A stretch of DNA of 64,000 nucleotides from positions 122,452,001-122,516,000 of the forward strand of contig CM059431.1 of assembly GCA_030390025.1 (NCBI GenBank), given 5' to 3'. The DNA comes from Squalus acanthias (Eukaryota). The notes under the pieces were generated by a model. It was not told the DNA's origin. It worked only from the letters and a program-made list of their open reading frames with translations, and ran no database searches. This document shows positions 1 through 11,649 of this stretch, in pieces. Every line of letters begins with the position of its first letter. Position 1 is the stretch's first letter. The position numbers and the translations under genes were made by a program.

Positions 1-551
1 ATAGCCTGCTAATTTGGATTATGCTCCCTGGTGAGCCAGAGTCTTAAATGATGGTTTGCATCCGTGCTATGATCAGAGCACTTAGATGATGATGTTTCTT
101 CTCATTTGCTGATTAGTTCTCTAACTTGACCAATTTCAGAGCAAATCAAGCAAGTATGTATCCACAGAATGTGTAGGAGGGTAATATTCCAGACAGGGTT
201 CAATGTGGATTGCTTTTTCAGACATCTGGGACTTTTGTGGGATTCCCTGCAGGTATCTGCAACATTCTTGTGCTGTTTTATTCAAGAAACCTTCACCAAA
301 TTCTCGATGACCTGTGGAGATGTTTATGCTGAAGGCCAATTAGGGTGGAAGTATTTGACGGCTGCAAAATGGGCTTCCCAATGGAAATCTCACGTTATGC
401 CACGTACATTTTAATGGAAAAGGAACAGCAGCAGGCTGGAAGCTAAACCAGATGAGTCAGCGAGCATCAGAGAAAATTCAGACGTTTCGGTGGTTACCCA
501 TCTCGCAGGACGTACCGACTCAGGTGAACATTTCAAGAGCTTTCTCATGAT

Positions 552-1450
552 TTGCATCTCAGGAGGCTGCACTTCAGCCATGAGGCCCGGGAAAAACTCT
601 TGTTAGTTGCGGCACCAGATCGGCAAACAAAATCAGTAGCACGAACAGCTCTGATGGTGGTAGAGAAAATGACTACAGCTCTGAGCTTCTACATTACAGG
701 CTCATCCAGGAAAACACAAAGGACTTTTGCCAGATTCACGTTTAATGCAAATCATCAATGTCCTTTTTGCCTAAGAAGCTCAGACCATATAATTCAAACG
801 TGGTCCAGGAGGGACAATCATTTTTTTTACAGAATCACTGGATTCACCACGGTTGTGGGCCTTATTGCTCACACCCCTCTGGCATTGCCTGCCCTAAATG
901 CAAATTCCCATATTTACATCGACCACAGATGCTTTCACCCCATAAATGTGCAGGTCATTGATGGCCTGCACTTGAATTCACAATATGATGGAAAGTGTCA
1001 TTAGGTTCTGATACTTTGTCAGTCCAGTGTTTCAACTCTATTTCAACAACAAGGAAAAGGAGCAGGTTGGCTGCTAGGTGACAAGAGATATCAGGTGCTC
1101 CCTTGTCTCATGATGTCACTGTATTGGACCACAAGTGTTGCAGAGAACTGTTGTAATGAAGACAAGAATTGGAATTGAGCAAGTCATCAGGATGTTTAAA
1201 GGAGGACCCCGCTACCTGGAAAGGTCTAGTGGTGGCATGCAGTATATGCCAAGCACTGTTCTTCAAATTGTGGTAGCATGTTGTGTGCTTTATAACTGTG
1301 CTACCCAGAAAGCACTGGTGATAGATGTCCTGGAGATGATGACACTGCCGATGCTGAAGACTGGGCCAATGAAGGACATAAATCAGGTGCAGTGGCTCAT
1401 GCTGCTTTTTATAACTAACAATCACATCCTAATCCTGAGCCTCAAAATCA
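552..1450 (+). pseudogene. Degenerate Harbinger (HARBI1-like) transposase, element H1
   Basis: Motifs across frames: ALSFYITGS, GFTTVVGLIAHT, GWLLGDKRY (~1066-1090), RIGIEQVIRMFK..GGMQY..IVVACCVLYN. Contains stops and frameshifts. Confidence 0.85.
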
Positions 1451-1750
1451 GCTGAGTACTTGCTCCCCATTGTCCTACAAGATAATCAACTCTCAAGCAT
1501 CTGCTGTATCAATAATTCCAGTGATTTATTGCAGCTAGTTACAAAAACATTACGCGCTTTCTTCATGATGCACACGCCTTCTGACCACAACCTTTTCCCT
1601 GGCCTATTCTAACACTTCCTGTAAGTGTCGCCAAATGGTCTGGGGTCTAAGGTGTAAATGGTTGCACAAAGCTATTATGAGTATCTTGGGATGGAAGTGG
1701 CTCTTCTTTCATGCCCCCTGATTCCTAGATAGGCCCAGGACCGCCTGACT

Positions 1751-2378
1751 GGGGCTGATTTTCACTGCCTTTGCATGGCGTTAATGGCCTCAAAGTGCGG
1801 TGGGAAGCCTTATTGTCTCGTTAACATCGGCAAGGCAGCCGGCTCTATTTTGAAAGGGACCTACTGCCAGGTATCCAAAGTACCTGCCTGTTTCAGGTGA
1901 TAGACTTCTTTTAATATAGAAATCAGGGGCCAATGACATAAATAGGACCCCAATTGCTATTTTAGGTTAGAACTGTTGGCAGCCTGTGCAGTGCACACTC
2001 TGACCAGTTCCACGGGTGATGGAACAGAGGAGGCCCACCAAAGGTAAGTGTCAATTTGTTTTCATGGGCTCAGGAGGAGCAGGAGTGCTCCTCTGGGACC
2101 CACAAAAATAATATGGGCCGCTGCCACCCCAGGTATTCCACCCTTCCCTGTGGCCGCGACCCTGCCCCCACACCAGCAACTTATCTTGCTGGTGGCTGCC
2201 GCGGTCTAAAGGCCTCAACCGGTGAGCTGTATTGGGACACTTGCTTGGCGCCCCACAGTTTGCCTGCCAAATTTAAATGAATTCGGGACTTCAAAGTCAC
2301 GGGGGCCTTTTCGCCACCGGGTTGGGAGGCCGACTAGCGTACTCCATCGATTGGTCACTCAAAAGTCAAAATCACCCC
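1751..2378. mobile_element. Harbinger-type MITE (older)
   Basis: Ends GGGGCTGATTTTC ... CAAAATCACCCC; TSD not clean. Confidence 0.5.
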
Positions 2379-2929
2379 TTTGTTTTGGGCCCTGTGTCAG
2401 CCTGGTCCCGCAAAGTTGAAGGCCTCTGCGCGGAGCTGATGGAGTGTTCCTCTATGCTGCTGCCATGAGGGAAAGCAGCTGCATCGGCCCATACACCAAC
2501 TCCTCCACTGGTGTTGGGATCAAGATTTTGGTTACTAGGGATCAGCGGGAAACTGATGTTATGGAAATAGAAAGATTCTTAAATTCCTGAGAGATAGTAA
2601 ACTGAATATCCTCTAGTCACTCCAGGATGCTGCCCTGTATAATTTGCAATTGGTTGACATGAACATCTCCAAATAATACCTCAACTCATGCAGTCCTTCA
2701 TTCAGTGTCTCCACACTGAATTGACTGACTTGCCTAGACCTCTCATGGAGCAAGGGAAGCTATGCAGCTGTTCCATGAGCTGCTAGTTTCTTCAAGATGC
2801 TCTGAAATGATCTGAAACGCTTTTGGGTGTTGATGCACAGGAGTGCAATAGATTCCACTGTTATTAACTATGATCTAACTGCATGGCAGAACAGGCTTGA
2901 TAGGTTAAATGGCCTACTTCTGTTCCTGT

Positions 2930-3743
2930 GGCCGGAATTTTAATTGAGAGGAGGGTTGGGCTGGGGTTGGGGGGTGCCGTTCAGAAGCAGTTGAGAAACC
3001 CGAGAGAATGGGTTTCCCGCATGCCCTACTGAATTTAATGGCAGGGTCTGATTTGCATTTCAAAGCTCTGTTTTTGACCCGCAGCCAGCTAGATAGAGGA
3101 CATCGGGGGGCCGGGGGTGATTGGGGGTGGGGCGAAGGGAGAGAATGACACCAGCCTGGAGAACGATCAGGGGGGCGAGATAGAGAACGATCAGGAGGTG
3201 GGGGGCGGGGGACGGGGTCAGGTGAGAGAGGCAGAGAACGGGGCTGGTCTGGTGAACGATCGGAGTAGGGCAGGGGGGAGACCGGGAAGGTGATCGGAGG
3301 CCTTGGGGGGTGCGGGATCAGAGGCCAGGAGGTGTGGTGATCGGAGGCCCGTGGGGAGGGATCGGAGACCTCATGGGGGTGTCTCCGATCATGGGAGGTG
3401 GGTTAGGCAGGGACGCTGGATCCAGGAGGTAAGTGTAAAGGCACCTTCCATTAGCTGTTGGGCTTTCGGAGGTCTGTGAAACCCGACCAGCCACAGTTTA
3501 ATTTAAAATGCAGGTTAAATCTGAGGCATGCCAGCCTCATTGTAACACTTAAATGGGAGACCTGTCCCCTGTGAGCAGGTTGTCTGCCCACCACCTCCCC
3601 CCCCCCCTCCACCCCCGGCCTGCCTCTGTTTAAACCGGAAGTGGGCGGGTTGGAGGCAGGTTCTGGTTGGGATTCAGATTATTAACATTTTAACTTCCCA
3701 CACGACGCCAACCCACCCGTTTTTTGGGGTTAAAATTCCCCCC
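2930..3743. mobile_element. Harbinger-type MITE with a G-rich interior, inserted in a CR1 3' tail
   Basis: TIRs GGCCGGAATTTTAA / TTAAAATTCCCCCC; flanks TGT/TAT; degenerate GATCGGAGG repeats at ~3150-3400. Confidence 0.75.
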
Positions 3744-5337
3744 TATGTTTCTATCCCAGTCATCTGGCGTACGTCTTGCGAGTGACTGCTCAGAAGCTCC
3801 ATTTGATGTTCCGCTAGCATCCTTTGTTTCATAGCAGGACACCTAAGATCACTATCTGCATACTCTGTAGCCAGAAGCTGACATTTCTTAAGCATCCTCT
3901 GAGGTGTATCAAATTCCATTTCCCACCTGCATTTTCTGGCTTCCTTGTACTCTGTGTCGTACCACATGATAATTCCTCATCAACACTATCTATATGCCCC
4001 CAAGTGATTGTCTCTGAACTGGTGAGTGTGAAGGAAAGTGAAAAACAGACGAGTGGCAAGCGGTTTTGCCTGAGGTAGAGGAGACTGTAATCTCTTGGCC
4101 ATCGTCATCCTTCTCTTCTATTTCCTGGCTTGCAACCTCTGGAGGAAAAAAAATTAGGTCACCAGTCGTATGACACAAGACAATAATGCTCCATATGAAT
4201 TCTAATTTACATTGTGCCGCACTTGCAAATTTTTTCAGAGTATAACCACTTATTCTGTTACAGGATGCTGGGGATTCATGCTAGCATTACAAATGAGTTT
4301 TTCTAACTTTCAATAATGGTTGTTGTAGCTATGGTATTCAGCAGGAATTGATGTCTTCACAATTGCATGACAGCAATCCCTGTGCACTTATTAAGGAAGA
4401 ACCTAAGCTATTCAAGCATATCCCTATTACTATATAACTTCCCATAGCTTATATTTTCTTCTGTGATTCATGAGTACATGTACAAAGCAAAGGGAAATCA
4501 CTATAGAGCACCTGATATATTAAGTTATAAACCAAATCAGAGCTTTCTCGAGGGGAAAGAACCTCCAATTTGACTCAAATGAGATGTAATGGATAGTGGT
4601 ACAAATATTGAAAAGCATGCCAAGATTTTTTATTAACAGTGCAGATCTCTGACAATTAGTTTCAATTGGCAGGAAGAAGCGAACACATTTTAAGTTGTTT
4701 TTATTTTATTTTAAGAGATTTGTTTTAATTTTGACTGCGTCAAAATAAGTTCTTGCAATGTTGATTTTCTATCTGAAGGTATGGTCAGTTGCATTATAAA
4801 TACTATCGGTTCAATTTCTATTATATTTTTATTTAGTTGATACATTTATGGCTCACAATCGACATTTATACATTCCCATATTTTCATGTCTTGGTGAATC
4901 TGTTATCTGTTATGCAATTCAGCATAAAAATCATGTGTGAAAGCTACAAATAAGGTGTTAATGAGAAGAAAATGAACAAGAAAAGCCACAAGGTTCCATG
5001 GAGGGATGGAGTTAGCTCTGCAATCTGCAGAATATGACAATGACACAAAATGGCTGATGAATAAAGCATCTCCACCAGTGACATCAGCTTTTTTTGTGGT
5101 ACAGGTGCTAAAATTAAGATTTATTTTTAGATTAGCAATTAAATGCTCAAAGGGTAAGAACATAAAAGTCAAGAGCATAAAAAAAGGTCAGTGCCCCTAA
5201 GCTCACTCCTCTCATACCCTCATTTTCTCATATAACATGCAGCAATGTTTTGAATAGCTGTAATGTTTGTATTAATTACTATGGTTTTAATTTAACCTGT
5301 GCAATTGAATATTTGGATTCTGTTAGCCAAAGACTAG

Positions 5338-5491
5338 GGGGTTGATATTCCTCTGTACACTGCTGTAAGCACCCTCGTTAACACCTACATATCAAATTCC
5401 CATCTGTGCGATTTAACAACTTCAATAAAACAGCATGCACAGGAATGTGGCAGGTACATGTTAACCAGTGCACAGAAGAATTTTAAATCCC
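5338..5491. mobile_element. Short old Harbinger-type MITE
   Basis: TAG TSD on both sides; imperfect TIRs GGGGTTGATATTC / GAATTTTAAATCCC. Confidence 0.5.
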
Positions 5492-6002
5492 TAGACGTGT
5501 ATTCAGAAGCCTTTAGGACATTCAAAATTCTATTGTGCTTGTGTGAACTGGCCTGAATAAAGGGGTAAGAAAAATGTTGTCTTTATCAAATTAAAAGGAT
5601 AATAGAAATTGCCAGGATCTACAGTCAATAATCCAATTATTCTCAGGTGAAGAACACAGGCTATGTTTTTACGATTACTAGAACAGGCCAAGGGTCTGGA
5701 TAGCCCTGACACTTCTTCTGAGCCTGCTACAGAGGAACCACCAAAACCTACAATTGCCTGTCCATTTTCAAATTAGTCGTAGCAGTCCAGGCAGTACCAG
5801 CATACAAATGAAAGCAATTTATGGTGCTCAAGTTGTCAGAACAAAGGATCACATCTGGAACTATACAATATACCATGTATGTCATATATATTAAATGCCA
5901 TTTTGCAGTTTCTAGTTTGTAGAGGCCCAGTTACAGCTTGCTGCTAGTTAACAAATATTTACATCTTGGAAAATATGGGAAGCCAGGCTACTGATCCCTA
6001 CT

Positions 6003-6214
6003 GAAATAACAGAAAATGCTGGAAACACTCAGTAGGCCAGGCAGCATCCGTGGAGAGAGAAACAGAGTTAACGTTTCAGGTCTGTGACCCTTCGTCAGAA
6101 TTCTGAAACGGTTAACTCTGTTTCTCATTCTCCACGGATGCTGCCTGGCCTGCTGAGTGTTTCCAGCATTTTCGGTTATTTCAGATTTCTAGCATCCGCA
6201 GTATTTTGCTATTG
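6003..6214. mobile_element. Penelope-like inverted terminal-repeat fragment
   Basis: Two inverted arms of ~90 bp; 14-bp TSD TACTGATCCCTACT (5989-6002 and 6215-6228); same repeat caps the GIY-YIG element at ~29660. Confidence 0.85.
6062..6100 (-). ncRNA. Minimal hammerhead ribozyme motif (Penelope type)
   Basis: Minus strand reads CTGACGA-AGGGTC-ACA-GACCT-GAAA-CGTTA, i.e. CUGANGA + helix II + GAAA + palindromic AACGTT. Confidence 0.7.
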
Positions 6215-6879
6215 TACTGATCCCTACTATCTACTGAGCTGCAGTCTTGGGCAATAATATCATTAAACTGGCAAAACCACCAGAGTTCTTTGGATCTCCT
6301 TCGGGAAAAATTCCTCTTGTCAATTTTTAACTTCAAAAGTTGACAGGAGTTTTGATTCCCTTTGAGAAGAAGCATCTGAAAATGAAAATAAAATAGACTA
6401 GCTATTACTGGGGAATTTGGTTGAGATGATGCAAAAGGTAATTAGACAGGTATAGTTAATTAGAAATAATAAGACAGTGGATGTCAGCTAAAATTAATTT
6501 TAATGTGATGAAAGATGCTTCTCTTTCTGCAATTTAAGTTGTCCATACTATAGCACAGTGTTAATTTTTAAACCAGCAATGCAATGAGAAAATAGCAACC
6601 ACTATATACACTAAACAGTGCCAAATGCTATTATCACAACAATAATGCTATTTAATTTAGTGTTTTGGCAAAACATTGCCATCTGAGGATATTTTGTCAC
6701 AATAAAACAAGTGGAAAAAATTACCTCATGCATAGTAAACTGCATTTGCTTAGTTAAATAATACTCAGCTAAACAGATATAAGGGGGCTGAAGGCTTTGC
6801 TACTGCCTTCAAGGAGTCTTAGTCCAGGGGAAATTTTGGTTGTCCAGCTTACCTTTGTAGTAGCTGTAAAAGATATATG

Positions 6880-8118
6880 GGGAGAAATGTGTGTGGCTTG
6901 CACCATACGTTAGCATCAGGAGATGGCGCTAAAATGCTGTTGCCAGCTGTAGCGACAGCTGATGCCGGTTCGAGCGCCACACACCATATCGGTGGTGCTG
7001 GTAGCACTGCTGGTAACCTTGATTGTCAGGGAGCTCAACATGAATGGAGATCATGACGTCAGTGAGTGTGCAATGCTCACTGGACGCCCGATCTCCAACA
7101 TTGGAATTAGCCACTCACCTTAATGGCAGCGCAGAACAAAATCAGGGAGAGCTGGCATCTACAAGCAGAAAGCAGGCTGCAGCAGTGATATTTAAAGGCA
7201 CCATCCCCAATCAGCTGTACCTGACAGGGTTTTGCAGTTTCAGTGCCTGTTTGATACTTCCTGCAACTGAAACAGTTCTCTTTAATTATTTCAAGTTTTT
7301 TTGGTGAAAGGGAGTGTTCATTCAAGTGCAGAAGTCACTCATTATTTGTTAAAGGCTTCTGCTCACACACTTCCTCACAGTCATGGGGGCTGCGGGATTG
7401 CAGATTACCTCAGGAGGAGGACGAGGCAGAGGAGGATGAGAGGAAGAGGACGAGGAGGAGAGGACGAGGAGGAAGAGGATGAGGAGTAGGAGAATGAGGA
7501 GGAAGAGGACAAGGAGGAGGATGAGGAGGAAGAGGACGAGGAAGAGGAGGACAAGGGGGAAGAGGACGAGGAGGAGGAGGACGAGTAGGAGGAGGAACAG
7601 GAGGGAGGGCAGAGGCAGCAAGACAATCGGTCTTCTGGACAGCCGTCCATAACCGGCTCATCAGACTCCGATTTGCATGAATGAAACCCCAGATCCCCGT
7701 AGCTCACTACATCCCCATCATACAATCCCTGTCTCACGCCATATCACAGCGTCCTCCTGGGCATAAAGGTGAAATGAGAGAGACCACAAAATATTCCAAA
7801 CACCATTAATAAATGTATCTATAAACATATCACACATATCACATGAATTCTAATAACTAATGACCCTTGTACCTGCCATAGTTGAATAGCTGTCATTGTG
7901 TGCAAGGTGTGAGATGTGGGTGTGAGTGTTGCTAGGTAGAGATTGTTGGTGGGTGAGTGCTGGGGATGTGGTACATTGAGCAGTGTGTGAAGCTTGTGGT
8001 ACAGGTGGTGGTATGTAGCATTTGTTGAAGCCTTCACTCACCCTGACCACCTGTGTGAGCTCATTAAACTTCTTCCTGCACTGGGTGTGGGACCTGGGGA
8101 CCACAGTGCTGCCCGTGA
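6880..8118. mobile_element. Harbinger deletion derivative H2
   Basis: ATG GGG GCT start joined directly to the acidic transposase tail and ...AVHNRLIRLRFA* end. Minus-strand Myb exon 1 end (VVPRSHTQCRKKFNELTQVVR|gtgagt) at ~8040-8115. Confidence 0.75.
7410..7615 (+). repeat. (GAG/GAC/GAA)n purine tract: expanded acidic tail of the transposase
   Basis: Low-complexity purine run at the position of the EEEE tail seen in other copies. Confidence 0.85.
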
Positions 8119-9687
8119 AGTGAGATATAACCATTTCATTAACATTTTTGATCACAATACAACCTATATTTATAGCATCATTTGCATATTACCATGGCAC
8201 CTAATCTCATACTTATTAATGCTGTTGAGTTGGCTTAAAAAGATGAATAACCATGATATTTCTATTCATTGAGTAAAGTTCATCTTGACTGTGAATTTAT
8301 CCCACCAGAGATGGCTAAGTGACCATAATTGTAACATATTATATCCGTATAGATGGAACAAAGCTTTGAAAATGTGACGGTTGATGTTATTCTCTTTTTC
8401 TGTTTTCTGTTGGAAATGTTTGTGCTGATCAAGGTGTTCTTGTCAGTGCCTATGGATTACAATGGTCTCATTGCAGACACCCAGTGTAAGATGCTGTTCA
8501 CAAGCATCTCGTTAAAACTCATTATCGCATGACTGTAAACAAGACTGTATTTTACATAAATGTATTCCAAAGTATTGATAGAATAACAAAAAAAATCAAG
8601 CACTCCAGGAAATTGAAAAGTAGATGACAGGCCTGGAGCACTTCGCTTTCAAATTCAGAATTATGCTGCATAAACAGTTTCTCTGTATTAATGGTGCTTT
8701 GATAATGTGCTGGAATGAAGCTACATGACACGAGTTTCAAATGCTATGATTTACTTGCTGAACGTGTCGAGTCACTGGGAGGAAATTACTCCATATATAT
8801 TAATAGAACAAAAATAAATCTAATCGGAGTATGAATTTTTGAAAAGGATTGAAGGAAAGAGGCTTTATCATTGAAAAAAAAAGTGTGATTAAAAAAATAA
8901 TCGCATAAGCTGTGAAAAGGGGATCCTGAACTTTGAAGATTTCATTCAACTACTAGCCTGGAAAAAGAGGTCTTAAACCCTTAACAATTCTTTGGATAAC
9001 TGCAGGCAAATGGATTTAATAGTCTTCGCCACATGGAAATGGATAATATGACAGTTTTACACTATATTCATTTAGCATTTGCTGAGATGGGGCATGATGA
9101 ATTCATGCTTAGAGCAGAAATTTGACGCATGCAATTTATTTTACAATTATAGTGCTGACCATGTCAAGATTTGGTTTCTGTGTCTCTGATGAGTTCAAAG
9201 AATGGATTGTGCAGTGTAAACACAAAACCCACTGAATGTACTGGCCCAGGAAATACTTTTCAGCTTATCAGGTTCTTATCATGTAAAAAAAATTAAACTG
9301 GATCAGATATTTAATTATCTTCTTGGCTTCAGTCCCAAATCAAATGATATTTTATCCTTCAAAAGACCTGCTGCACTTTTTGTCAATTCTATGTTGGCCA
9401 ACAAGATTTATCAGAGCAAAAGAATACAAAAGCCTTTTCAACACGATGGTTAAAGAAATTAGATAATCATACATGTTTAATTCCCTGAAAATGATCATTT
9501 TAAGTGATGCAAAACAAAAATAAATGAATTTCATATTCTGGCCCTCTACCCAAACAATGAAACAGTCATTTGAAAACACAACGCTGAATAGTATCGAATA
9601 ACATGAGAACCAAGTATGACAACAGGGGTATTGTGACAGTTAAATTATTTTATAATTAAACCTTTGTTGCTTTCACCAAATAGCATT

Positions 9688-10500
9688 GGGCCATAATTGG
9701 CTGTCAAAATAATGTTGAGGCTAATTGAGCTCGCCATTATTTATTTGCGAATGGTACAGCAACTTCAGTCTATTTCCTCTTTTTTCCAATGAATGTAAGA
9801 GAAACCCTGATTTGAGGCGATATGAACAGAGAGCGAATGAAACCATAAGAATAAATAATTTTATTAGAGATAACGCTCAAACATCGGTCAATCTCGATGC
9901 CTCTGCAGCCATGATGTTTAAATACCTCTCAAGAAGTGGCCATGCTTGCAGAAGCTGCTTCGTGATTAGAGGACAGGGAAGTCTAGAAATGGAAAAGAAC
10001 AGGCCGGCTGGTGAAGAAAATATCGATAGAAGATGTCCACAGTTGAATTTAGGCATACGGCGCCCTGCAGTAATTGATAATATCAAGTACAATACTCACT
10101 ATAATGATGTTCAGCCACCTTTGTTGTACCAGTAATGATCCTCGACTCCTGTAATGTTCACGCTGCCTTATGGTGGAGTATTGTGGGCTGGCAGCCAAAG
10201 TAGAAATCCAATAAATTAATTCTTACCACTGTTTGATTTTTGTGTTTGGGTTTGTGCTGCTTTCTGAACTGCTTTTTCTGTACATTACTGATGTACCAGT
10301 TGACTTCTCTCAAACCTTTGACTATTGAAGTGACCTTCTCAGCAGTTTTTACATGTTAATAGCAGGGCACCAGTAAAATTGGTTTAAAACTACAGTCCTC
10401 ACCCCTGGCACCATCCATGCTTATCACGGGCAGCTGCCTATATCGGGCAAATGGTGCTAACCATTTCTCATTTCCACTAAAGTCAATTACAAAGGCCACA
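9688..10500. mobile_element. Probable old Harbinger-derived non-autonomous element
   Basis: GGGCCATAATTG start and CAATTAC..GGCC end; degraded interior. Confidence 0.35.
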
Positions 10501-10984
10501 TTAGGACACATTAAACACACCAGCTATTTCGGGCAAACTTTGTCGTATCGCTTTCCTTTCTTGTTCTGCCACTTCAGTCCTCTCCCATTCAATTGGATAA
10601 AAGGTCATTTCCACATGCTTGTATGCAGTGAAATAGCTCTATTAATGTAGAACTTTAATGGTACTCTTGATCCTACTGTTGCACGATTGAAGTCAGGAGC
10701 GGGGAAATTTAAGGTGGTAAGGAAGCAGAAGTGCTTACATTTCGAGCTGCTCTCATTCAGCGACACATTTTGAAAAGTATAAATTAACAAATGCTTCACA
10801 AATGAAAAAAATGATCTTTGGTGTTGAAGTCCTCAACGGTCTTACTAAAATTCCTATTCATTTTTATCACAAACTCAGAAGGACTGTGGCATTAATTTGA
10901 ATATAATATAATTAGTACTATTTTCCCAGCTGTTACTGCCAGATGACAGGTGTAGTTACTAGCACAATTGCCTCCTCCCTTCCC

Positions 10985-11648
10985 ACTATTGACCAGAAAC
11001 TTAACTGGACCAGCCACATAAATACTGTGGCAACAAGAGCAGGTCAGAGGCTAGGTATTCTGCGGCGAGTGTCTCAGCTCCTGACTCCCCAAAGCCTTTC
11101 CGCCATCTACAAGACACAAGTCAGGAGTGTGATGGAATACTCTCCACTTGCCTGGATGAGTGCAGCTCCAACAATACTCAAGAAGCTCGACACCATCCAG
11201 CACAAAGCAGCCCGCTTGATTGGCACATCATCCACCACCTTAAACATTCACTCCCTCCACCAGCGGCGTACCGTGGCTCAGTGTGTACCATCTACAAGAT
11301 GCACTGCAGCAACTCGCCAAGGCTTCTTCAGCAGCACCTCCCAAACCCGTGACCTCTTCCATCTAGAAGGACAAGGGCAGCAGGCGCATGGGAACACCAT
11401 CACCTCCAAGTTCTCCTCCAAGTTACACACCATCCTGACTTAGAAGTATATCGCCAATCCTTCATCGTCACTGGGTCAAAATCCCGGAACTCACTACCTA
11501 ACAGCACAGTGGGAGTACCTTCACCACACGGACTGCAGCGGTTACAGAAGGTGGCTCACCACCACCTTCGCAAGGGCCAATTAGGGATGGGCAATAAATG
11601 CTGGCCTTGCCAGCGACGCCCACATCCCATAAATGAATAGAAAAAAAA
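10985..11648 (+). mobile_element. 3' end of a non-LTR retrotransposon (CR1/L2-group RT C-terminus + 3'UTR + A tail)
   Basis: DQKLNWTSHIN...IYKTQVRSVMEYSPLAW...LDTIQHKAARLI; ends with GGGCAATAAATGC...CCCACATCCC and an A-rich tail. Confidence 0.9.
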
Positions 11649-11649
11649 A

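Larger units (their letters stand above)
1560..4143 (-). pseudogene. Degenerate last exon of the Harbinger Myb-like partner gene (H1), split by later insertions
   Basis: TSSETITWGHIDSVDEE and ATEYADSDLRCPAMKQRML resemble TSSETGTMHMLEVRVEE and AAEQSDEDLTGPSFRRRLM of the copy at ~16480-16720. Acceptor tttttttcctccag near 4143. Convergent with the transposase. Confidence 0.6.
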
